Shown piece after piece: positions 56,585 through 64,000 of a stretch of 64,000 bases of DNA (its first letter is position 1; each line of letters begins with the position of its first letter). Below the pieces are notes generated by a model that searched no databases, was not told the origin of the DNA, and was given only the letters and a program-made list of their open reading frames with translations. Origin of the DNA: Limnochordia bacterium (GTDB lineage: Bacteria; Bacillota; Limnochordia; DTU080). Where the stretch lies: positions 352,001 through 416,000 of the forward strand of contig JBMNJG010000012.1 in assembly GCA_050951545.1 (NCBI GenBank), in the 5' to 3' direction. The position numbers and the translations under genes were made by a program.

Positions 56585-57351
56585 TAGATGGCTTCCTCCC
56601 CCAGGTACGCTTTGATTACACGCCGGTCCGATCGCACCTGCGCTGGAGTCCCCTCCGCAATGGTCATCCCGTAGTCAAGCACTGTGATGTGCTCACAGAT
56701 ACCCATCACTAGATTCATGTCATGCTCGATTAGCAGGATGGTCACCGCAAACTCTTGACGAATACGCTGTATAAACTCCATCAGCTGGGCAGTCTCATTG
56801 GGGTTCATGCCGGCCGCTGGCTCATCTAACAAGAGCAAGCGTGGACGAGTAGCCAACGCTCGCGCGATCTCCACGAGACGTTGCTCCCCATAGGGCAGGT
56901 TACCTGCCATTTGATCAGCCTTGTCTTCGAGCTCCAAGATGCGCAACAGCTCAAGCGATGACTCAGTGATCTGGGCCTCTTCCTCGGCAATGCCAAGATG
57001 TAAGAGGGCTTGCACGAAGCCGTATCCCACGTGCCTGTGCTGGGCGATCATGACATTCTCAAGAACCGATCGGTTCTCGAACAAGCGGATGTTCTGGAAC
57101 GTGCGAGCCAGACCCATCCGCGTAACAGCGTGAGCTGGTAGGTGCGTGATGTCCTGGCCAGCGAGTACAATGGTCCCTTCGCTGGGATGCAGTAAGCCGG
57201 AGATCATGTTGAACACGGTGGTCTTTCCTGCCCCATTTGGACCGATGAGACCAACTAGACTTCCGTCTTCAACGCTCAGATTCAGATTGGACACGGCGCG
57301 CAGGCCGCCAAAGGTCATGGCGAGTCCGCGCGTCTCAAGAAGCACCGCCAA
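56584..57351 (-). CDS. livG: branched-chain amino acid ABC transporter ATPase
   Basis: FGGL.AV, GPNGAGKT, RTFQNIRLF, LPYG and DEPAAGMN motifs. Confidence 0.93.
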   Translation of the reverse strand: MAVLLETRGLAMTFGGLRAVSNLNLSVEDGSLVGLIGPNGAGKTTVFNMISGLLHPSEGTIVLAGQDITHLPAHAVTRMGLARTFQNIRLFENRSVLENVMIAQHRHVGYGFVQALLHLGIAEEEAQITESSLELLRILELEDKADQMAGNLPYGEQRLVEIARALATRPRLLLLDEPAAGMNPNETAQLMEFIQRIRQEFAVTILLIEHDMNLVMGICEHITVLDYGMTIAEGTPAQVRSDRRVIKAYLGEEAI

Positions 57352-58306
57352 CTCGCTGTCCCTCCTTCCTCGGCACTAACCACGATGGCAGCTCCAGCTC
57401 CCTCGTACCCATCAGTCCGGTCGGCCGGAAGACCATCATCAGGATCAGGGACAGGCTGTAGACAATCATTCGCTGGTACGGCCAGGGCGCCAGCGCCATC
57501 GACAGGAAGGTCAGCAAGATAGCTGCCAGCACTGATCCGGTCAGGCTACCCATGCCGCCAAGCACCACAATGATCAGGACTTCCACAGAGCGTAGAAAGC
57601 CAAAGCTCTGGGGACTGATGATGAAGAAGGCATGGGCATACAGCACTCCAGCTAAGCCAGCGAAGAAGGCCCCGATGGTGAAAGCAGCTACTTTATATGT
57701 GGTCGTGTTGATACCCATGGCTGAGGCAGCAATCTCGTCCTCGCGCACTGCAATGCAGGCTCGCCCGTGCGCGGACTGAATCCAGTTGCGGAGCAGCAGC
57801 ACCGAAAGTACCACTGAGGCGTAGAGCCAGGTAAAGGTGGTATAGCGTCGGCCGATCATCAGACCATGGGCACCACCTACATAGGCCCAATTGAGGAAGA
57901 ACACGCGAATAATCTCCCCTAGGCCAAGCGTGGCTATGGCGAGGTAGTCACCTCGTAGTCGGAGGGTTGGCAGCCCGATCAACAAGCCAATGCACGCTGC
58001 CGCCAGAGCACCTATGATCAGCGCCACTGGGAAGGGCAGGTCGAACTTCACTGTACATATGGCTCCCACGTATGCCCCCACACTCATGAAACCTGCATGG
58101 CCCAATGAGAACTGACCAGTGAAGCCATTGATCAGGTTGAGGCTGGTACCCAGGATGATGAAGACACCAGCCAGCTTGATATTGACCATCAGGTATTCAT
58201 CGATAACGCCCAGCACCTGCAGCCCCATGACCAGAAGATAAAGACCAACTATGAGTCCTGCCCAGGTAAGTTGCTGTGAGTATCGTTGAAACGCCACCGC
58301 TCTCAC
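57335..58306 (-). CDS. livM: branched-chain amino acid ABC transporter permease
   Basis: GQFSLGHAGF, LRLRGDYLAIATLG and REDEIAA motifs. Confidence 0.92.
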   Translation of the reverse strand: MRAVAFQRYSQQLTWAGLIVGLYLLVMGLQVLGVIDEYLMVNIKLAGVFIILGTSLNLINGFTGQFSLGHAGFMSVGAYVGAICTVKFDLPFPVALIIGALAAACIGLLIGLPTLRLRGDYLAIATLGLGEIIRVFFLNWAYVGGAHGLMIGRRYTTFTWLYASVVLSVLLLRNWIQSAHGRACIAVREDEIAASAMGINTTTYKVAAFTIGAFFAGLAGVLYAHAFFIISPQSFGFLRSVEVLIIVVLGGMGSLTGSVLAAILLTFLSMALAPWPYQRMIVYSLSLILMMVFRPTGLMGTRELELPSWLVPRKEGQRVGGAS

Positions 58307-59181
58307 ACCTTTTCGTGTCCCTTTTTCCCAAGAAGCCCTGTAGGCTTGACGAGCAAGATCAGAATCAGAAGTGCAAACGCCACCGCGTCACGATAGGTCG
58401 AAGACAAAAAGCCGCTTACCAACGACTCTGCGACGCCCATCAGGAGCCCGCCGAGCACAGCGCCCGGGATCACTCCGATACCGCCAAGCACAGCAGCCAC
58501 AAAAGCCTTCAGCCCAGGCATCACACCCATGAGCGGGTCGATGCGATTGTAGTAGATCCCCACTAGGAGTCCAGCCGCGCCAGCCAAGGCAGACCCCAAA
58601 GCAAATGTATAAGAGATCACCGAATCTACGTTGATGCCCATCAGCGCCGCGGCCTGTTCATCAAAGGATACCGCTCTCATGGCCTTGCCGGCTCGTGTGT
58701 GCTGCACTAGCAGTTGTAGGGCGATCATCAGCACCAGAGCAACCATCAGAATGAAGACCTGCTGCGCCGTGATAAGCAGGTCGCCGATATGCATCTGGTA
58801 GGAAGAGAGCAACTGGGGGTATGAACGCGGCTGCGGAGAAACTGCCCAAACCATGCTATACTCCAGAAAAAACGAGACGCCAATGGCAGTGATAAGCAAT
58901 GTAATGCGTGGCTGACCACGCAGAGGTCGGTAGGCGAGGCGTTCCACTATCATGCCTAGCACCGCACATCCTGCCATGGACATACCAAGAGCTGGCAAAA
59001 ACGGAAGCTTCATCACCGCAGTGGCAAGAAAGCCAATGAAGGCACCCATCATGTAGATGTCACCGTGAGCGAAGTTGATGAGGCGAACGATCCCATAGAC
59101 CATTGTGTATCCCAGGGCGATAAGTGCATAGACACTTCCCAAAGAGATACCGTTGATTACCTGTTGAAAAAACTCTGTCAT
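58303..59181 (-). CDS. livH: branched-chain amino acid ABC transporter permease
   Basis: YALIALGYTMVYG..INFAHG and KAFVAAVLGGIG motifs. Confidence 0.93.
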   Translation of the reverse strand: MTEFFQQVINGISLGSVYALIALGYTMVYGIVRLINFAHGDIYMMGAFIGFLATAVMKLPFLPALGMSMAGCAVLGMIVERLAYRPLRGQPRITLLITAIGVSFFLEYSMVWAVSPQPRSYPQLLSSYQMHIGDLLITAQQVFILMVALVLMIALQLLVQHTRAGKAMRAVSFDEQAAALMGINVDSVISYTFALGSALAGAAGLLVGIYYNRIDPLMGVMPGLKAFVAAVLGGIGVIPGAVLGGLLMGVAESLVSGFLSSTYRDAVAFALLILILLVKPTGLLGKKGHEKV

Positions 59182-59224
59182 CGTTCGGCTCCTTCATGCG
59201 CATGTTTCGATCCAACAATAGTTC

Positions 59225-59256
59225 GAGCCCGGCGAGGAAATCCCTCCGCCGGGCTC
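59225..59256 (-). terminator. stem-loop after the liv binding-protein gene (mRNA stabiliser or partial terminator)
   Basis: GAGCCCGGCG...CGCCGGGCTC stem between the SBP gene and livH. Confidence 0.5.
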
Positions 59257-59286
59257 TTCCATTTACTTCCCCAGCGGGCTAGCAGT

Positions 59287-60441
59287 CTATGGTGTAATAA
59301 CACCCCGAACGGACGGTACACCGTTCTTCAACTCGACAATAATGCCATCCTTGATGGGATTTCGATCTTCGCCCATGGTGATAGTGGCGCGCAGAACTTT
59401 GAGATCCTCAGTTTCTGCCAACGCGTCTCGGATTGCGGCAGGAGTAGGCGACTCCGCTCGCTTCAATGCATCAACGAGAATCCAGCCTGCTTCGTACCCC
59501 AAGGCTGCGAACGCATCTGGCACCTGACCGAACTTGGCCTCATAGGCCTGCACGAACTCCTGAACAGCAGGATCCTCGTCGCCTGCAGTATAGTGGTTCG
59601 TGAAGTAGATGTCATTTAGATTCTCGGCGCCAGCGATTTCGACGAGCTTGGCTGAGTCCCAACCATCACCGCCCGTAAGCGGTGCCTTGATGCCCATCTC
59701 GCGAGCCTGGCGAGCAATGGCGCCTTGTTCCTCATAGTAACCGGGGATGTAGATCATGTCAGCGCCAGATCCCTTGATCTTGGTCAGCTGTGGACGGAAC
59801 TCGGTGTCCTTAGACAAATAGTTCTCCTCAGCAACGATCTTGCCACCCAAGGTCTCGAACCGCTCACGGAAGAAGCTGGCTAAAGCCGTGGAGTATGGAT
59901 CGCCGCTGTTGACCAGCATCGCCACCTTGCGCGACTTAAGTGTGGTGTATGCGAAATCCGCCATAGCAGTGGCCTGGAAATCGTCCATGAAGCAAGCGCG
60001 GAAGACATACTCGCCCACTTTCGTGACGTCTGGAGCTGTACCGGTCGGTGTCAGCATCGGGACCTTAAGGTTTTGCGCCACATTACCAGCAGCGATGGCG
60101 TTGCTGCTGATGACCGGACCCAGCATAGCCACGACCTTGTCCTTGGAGACCAGCTTCGTCGCCATATTGGTGGTCTCAGCGTTGTCGGACTTGTTGTCAG
60201 CCTCGATCAGCTTGATCTTGCGGCCCTCAAGCGCATCCTGTTCATTTGCGTGCTCAATCGCCAATACGATACCATTGCGAGCAGAGACTCCGAAACTAGC
60301 TACCCCACCCGTCAGCTCAAAGTTGCCGCCGATTCTAATATCCTTGCCGCCTGAGCGTTTCGACACGCCAACTCTGATACCCACCGCTATGACCAGCACA
60401 GCGATAATAATATAAACCCACTGCTTCTTCAAAACCCCCAC
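59287..60441 (-). CDS. branched-chain amino acid ABC transporter substrate-binding protein (LivJ/K-like)
   Basis: ELTG.VA.FG, DNKSD, FRACF.DDFQ and GGDGWDS motifs. Start uncertain (60441 or 60432). Confidence 0.9.
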   Translation of the reverse strand: MGVLKKQWVYIIIAVLVIAVGIRVGVSKRSGGKDIRIGGNFELTGGVASFGVSARNGIVLAIEHANEQDALEGRKIKLIEADNKSDNAETTNMATKLVSKDKVVAMLGPVISSNAIAAGNVAQNLKVPMLTPTGTAPDVTKVGEYVFRACFMDDFQATAMADFAYTTLKSRKVAMLVNSGDPYSTALASFFRERFETLGGKIVAEENYLSKDTEFRPQLTKIKGSGADMIYIPGYYEEQGAIARQAREMGIKAPLTGGDGWDSAKLVEIAGAENLNDIYFTNHYTAGDEDPAVQEFVQAYEAKFGQVPDAFAALGYEAGWILVDALKRAESPTPAAIRDALAETEDLKVLRATITMGEDRNPIKDGIIVELKNGVPSVRGVITP

Positions 60442-60497
60442 CATCCTTCCTGGTATGCACATATGCATTCCGGAGAGCAAAATGCTCTATCGCCTAA

Positions 60498-60527
60498 ACT
60501 ATAATCGTCTCAAGCGCAGACTGTCAA
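60498..60527 (-). promoter_or_regulatory. sigma-A-like promoter of the liv operon
   Basis: Minus-strand TTGACA-N18-TATAGT. Confidence 0.55.
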
Positions 60528-60584
60528 CGCTCAGGCGGCTTCAAAAGGGCCGAATACCCACTGTGCCCTATTGGCACACCCCAA

Positions 60585-61646
60585 CTAGTTGAGAAAGCGC
60601 AATGGATCTAGTGGCTTGTTGTCGCGCCGGATCTCAAAGTGCAGGTGCGGCCCTGTAGTGCGACCAGTGTTACCCGAGCGGGCTACAACCTGACCCTTGC
60701 GAACGGCATCTCCTTTCGCCACACGGAGCTCCGAGTTGTGAGCATAGTAGGTCTCCCAACCAGAACCATGATCAATGACCAGCAGCTGGCCGTAACCGCC
60801 TGACCATCCGGCAGACTTGACGATACCGTCAGCAGCGGCGCGAACGGGTGTGCCCGTAGGAACTCCCAGATCAATGCCCTCATGCATGCGGCCCCATCTC
60901 TTACCGTAGGGTGATGTGAGACGCCCGGTAACTGGCCACGCGAACCCGCTTTCCGGCCCATTCGTTGTGCGTTCGAGAGCTTCTCGACCTTTGTCGGCGT
61001 CACTCGCAATGGCCAGCGGAACCTCAGTGACCTGCTGTGTCACACGAGCAGGGCCTTGGCTGACGTCGGTTAGAGGTGCTTCGCCCTCGCGCTGTGTCAC
61101 AACTGCCTTCTCCTGGCGCGCAGTGATCGCAGCGGGTTTCTGCACTGGACCTGGCAAAGGAGTTGAGATGACACCGCCGACTCCACCAAAGATGATCGGT
61201 TGGGTGGTCTGGGCAGGGCCATCGCTAAGCCGTAACACAAGACCGGGACGAATGGTACCGTCCGCCTGTAACCCGTTGATTCTCATGAGTTCCTGCAGGG
61301 CTACCCCGGTCTCTCTGGAGATGGCCCAGAGCGTATCACCCTGACTTACTGTGTAACTGGGCGATGACTGCTCGCTGGTTGTAGCCTGGTCATCGGACTC
61401 CGTTGCCGCAACGGGCGGGCTGAGCATGATCTCTTGTCCCGGCTGAATAACGCTGTTTTGCTTCAAGTTGTTCCAACTCAAGAGATCGGCGAGAGCGATC
61501 CCGTGGGTTCTGGCGATGGCGTAGAGGGTATCACCTTTTCGAACGACATGCATGTTCTGCGTAGCCAACACAGGTACGGAGAAACATGCCGTGGCCACTA
61601 GAAGGCTTACCATCAACACCTTGCCGCGTCCTCGTATTGAGGGCAT
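60585..61646 (-). CDS. LysM-repeat M23 family peptidase
   Basis: Signal peptide, two LysM domains (HVVRKGDTL, YTVSQGDTL) and M23 motifs HEGID, YAH, GPHLHFE. ATG after AGGAGG. Confidence 0.92.
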   Translation of the reverse strand: MPSIRGRGKVLMVSLLVATACFSVPVLATQNMHVVRKGDTLYAIARTHGIALADLLSWNNLKQNSVIQPGQEIMLSPPVAATESDDQATTSEQSSPSYTVSQGDTLWAISRETGVALQELMRINGLQADGTIRPGLVLRLSDGPAQTTQPIIFGGVGGVISTPLPGPVQKPAAITARQEKAVVTQREGEAPLTDVSQGPARVTQQVTEVPLAIASDADKGREALERTTNGPESGFAWPVTGRLTSPYGKRWGRMHEGIDLGVPTGTPVRAAADGIVKSAGWSGGYGQLLVIDHGSGWETYYAHNSELRVAKGDAVRKGQVVARSGNTGRTTGPHLHFEIRRDNKPLDPLRFLN

Positions 61647-61864
61647 TCGATTCCTCCTGCGGACGGTCTGCCGTTTATTATGGACATGACTACGACGACC
61701 ACAGTGCAAAAGCCTGCCTCGATTGTCATCTAATTTCTGCTTTGAGCACGAATCCCATATCGCAACTGATGGCTGTAACCCTACGCAGGTGACACGCGGT
61801 GCGACTCGAATGAGAGGAAATGCCATGCCTCTGAACAAGCGTAGAACCATGAAGGGGGGAACCC

Positions 61865-62968
61865 ATGGAAAAGGTAAAGGTCGGCATCATAGGTTGCGGG
61901 AAGATCAGTGGCATCTACTGCCAAGCAAAGCAGGTTTTCGGCATCCTTGACATCGTCGCCTGCGCAGATCTGGTCCCTGAGAGAGCAAAGGCCAGAGCCG
62001 AGGAGTATGCCATTCCCAGAGCTTGCTCGCCCGAGGAGCTCTTGCGTGACCCGGAGATTGAGCTGATCGTGAATCTTACCATCCCTAAGGCGCACGCGGA
62101 GGTATGCTTGGCTGCCCTAGAAGCAGGCAAGCATGTCTATGTTGAGAAACCTCTGTCAGTCACTCGCGAAGAAGGGCAGAGGCTGCTTGCTGTGGCCAAC
62201 GCGAAGGGACTACGTCTCGGTGGCGCTCCCGACACTTTCCTTGGGGCGGGGCTGCAGACCTGTCGCAAGCTACTTGACGACGGGTGGATTGGCCAACCAG
62301 TGGCTGCCACGGCATTCATGCTCTGTCGCGGTCACGAAAGCTGGCACCCCGATCCGGAGTTTTACTACCAGGTTGGTGGCGGCCCGATGTTTGATATGGG
62401 GCCGTATTATCTGACAGCCTTGGTCTCCCTAATCGGACCCGTGCGCAGCGTTGCCGGATGTGCACGCGTCACATTCCCGCAGCGGACGATCACTAGCGAG
62501 CCAAAGAGAGGCCAAACGATCAACGTTGAAGTACCCACACACGTTGTGGGTATTCTGGGTTTCGCTAATGGTTCCATGGCGACTATCGTGACAAGTTTCG
62601 ATGTCTGGGGCGGACAGCTGCCGCGTATTGAGATCTACGGTACCGAGGGCACCATGAGTGTGCCTGATCCTAACACATTTGGCGGACCGGTCCTCATCAG
62701 ACGCGGCCGTTCTAAGGAGTGGAGCGAGTTTCCCCTTCCGTTCGGGTACAGTGCGAATAGCCGCGGTCTCGGTGTTGCCGATATGGCACATGCCATTCGC
62801 ACAGGTCGTCCACACAGAGCCAATGAGCAGCTAACGTACCACGTCCTTGACATCATGTCGGGTATTCACGATGCCGCGGACGCAGGTAGGCATGTGGAGC
62901 TTGAGAGTACCTGTCAGCGCCCCGCACCTTTCCCTCTCGGGCTTCCGATGGGAATCCTGGATGACTGA
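61865..62968 (+). CDS. Gfo/Idh/MocA family oxidoreductase
   Basis: [21 protein letters not shown] and [20 protein letters not shown] motifs. Confidence 0.92.
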   Translation: MEKVKVGIIGCGKISGIYCQAKQVFGILDIVACADLVPERAKARAEEYAIPRACSPEELLRDPEIELIVNLTIPKAHAEVCLAALEAGKHVYVEKPLSVTREEGQRLLAVANAKGLRLGGAPDTFLGAGLQTCRKLLDDGWIGQPVAATAFMLCRGHESWHPDPEFYYQVGGGPMFDMGPYYLTALVSLIGPVRSVAGCARVTFPQRTITSEPKRGQTINVEVPTHVVGILGFANGSMATIVTSFDVWGGQLPRIEIYGTEGTMSVPDPNTFGGPVLIRRGRSKEWSEFPLPFGYSANSRGLGVADMAHAIRTGRPHRANEQLTYHVLDIMSGIHDAADAGRHVELESTCQRPAPFPLGLPMGILDD

Positions 62969-62973
62969 AGGTG

Positions 62974-63014
62974 AGGAGACCCCCCTATAGTCTGTGCGGA
63001 TAGGGCGGTCTCCT
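62974..63014. terminator. hairpin between convergent genes
   Basis: AGGAGACC..CCCTAT...ATAGGG.GGTCTCCT. Confidence 0.55.
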
Positions 63015-63019
63015 GCCTC

Positions 63020-64000
63020 TCAGCGTCTCATCGCTTCGGCGTAGGCCTCCTGGTAGGCCACACCACAACGAGCCAGTGTCTCCTCTGCATCCTGAATCGC
63101 GAACACAGGCATATACATCAGGTTGGCATATTCCATCACCATGCGTTCGGCGCAGAAGCGGCTCTGCGCCATGGCGATACTTGCTCGCATCATCTTTTCC
63201 CAGCTCTTGCGATCTTGGAAGGTTGGCAGTATCTCACTCATGAGCTTCTCATAGAGATCGACTAGGTCGCGCTCGTTCTGATCTGGGCCCTGATAACCGT
63301 TGCCAAACTGCCAGCCATTCACTCCGTCGTGACAGCCCTCTGGCCACCAACCGTCAAGGATGCTGAGGTTCAGTACCCCGTTCATTGCAGCCTTCATTCC
63401 CGAGGTGCCCGAAGCCTCCAACGGTCGGCGAGGGTTGTTCAGCCATACGTCGCAGCCGCGTACCATGCGCTTAGCCAGGTACATATCATAGTTCTCCAGA
63501 TAGACCACGCTGCTCGGGTACTGATGTGCTGCAGCATACATAGCGGACACGATTTTTTTGCCATTCTCATCGTGGGGGTGAGCCTTTCCTGAGAAGATGA
63601 GGGAGATCCTACCCGAAGCAAGAAGCGGCTCAATCACATCGGGGCGTCGCAAGATCAGATCGCTGCGCTTATAGGTGGCAGCCCTGCGTGCGAAACCAAT
63701 CAAGAGTGAGTCGGGGTTCAGACACCTGCCAGTGCGGGCAGCCACTTCCACGAGAAGCTCGTTTCTGGCAACAGCATGCACTGACCACAGATCCTGATGG
63801 TGTTCAAAGGCCACTCCCATACGAGGATCCTGCCATGTAGGTCGGTGAACGCCGTTGGTCACGGCCAGAACTGGTGCACAGCGATCGACGTCCGACCACA
63901 TCTCGCGAGCCGTAACACCATGCATCTTGGAAACGCCATTCGCGAGCTGCGCCAAACGCAAACCAGCCACAGTCATACCGAAAGGGTCTCCGCCAAGCAA
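63020..64000 (-). CDS. glgP: alpha-glucan phosphorylase (5' part outside the window)
   Basis: TNGVH, GFARRAATYKR, GKAHP and EASGTSGMKAAMNG (PLP lysine) motifs. Confidence 0.9.
   Translation of the reverse strand: MLGGDPFGMTVAGLRLAQLANGVSKMHGVTAREMWSDVDRCAPVLAVTNGVHRPTWQDPRMGVAFEHHQDLWSVHAVARNELLVEVAARTGRCLNPDSLLIGFARRAATYKRSDLILRRPDVIEPLLASGRISLIFSGKAHPHDENGKKIVSAMYAAAHQYPSSVVYLENYDMYLAKRMVRGCDVWLNNPRRPLEASGTSGMKAAMNGVLNLSILDGWWPEGCHDGVNGWQFGNGYQGPDQNERDLVDLYEKLMSEILPTFQDRKSWEKMMRASIAMAQSRFCAERMVMEYANLMYMPVFAIQDAEETLARCGVAYQEAYAEAMRR

Noticed and set aside
1-64000. CRISPR arrays, tRNA/rRNA genes, transposases, integrases, prophage genes
   Set aside because: No regularly spaced direct repeats, cloverleaf sequences or mobile-element protein motifs were seen on reading.

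Overview
This GC-rich (roughly 58-60% by eye) bacterial chromosomal window looks like a Bacillota-type genome. It has strong Shine-Dalgarno sites, sigma-A-like promoters, a SAM-I riboswitch and spore-coat-like genes, and it also encodes outer-membrane-type proteins, so a diderm spore former such as Limnochordia is plausible (inference). Most of the window is housekeeping or catabolic: BCKDH E1/E2 with LipB, liv ABC transporter, nadA, cinA, CCA-adding enzyme, thiN, gntK, rhamnose isomerase, several Gfo/Idh/MocA and TIM-barrel sugar enzymes, an ABC exporter pair and a glucan phosphorylase. A 6S RNA lies at about 15.83-16.01 kb. Four loci stand out. (1) A chaperone-usher-like pilus locus at 10.0-15.7 kb encodes two pilin-like proteins, a PapD-like chaperone and an usher-like protein with SdrD-B-like repeats; it is preceded by an orphan LuxR regulator with a degenerate receiver domain and repeated palindromes. 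(2) An in-frame IspH-HpnC fusion heads an hpnCDE squalene operon. (3) An ArsR, ATP-grasp-like ligase, KamA and cyclic amidohydrolase cluster has no obvious known product. (4) A membrane protein joins a prokaryotic RING finger to a truncated solute-binding domain. No CRISPR array, tRNA, rRNA or mobile element was seen. All calls come from motif recognition by eye, and no database search was run.
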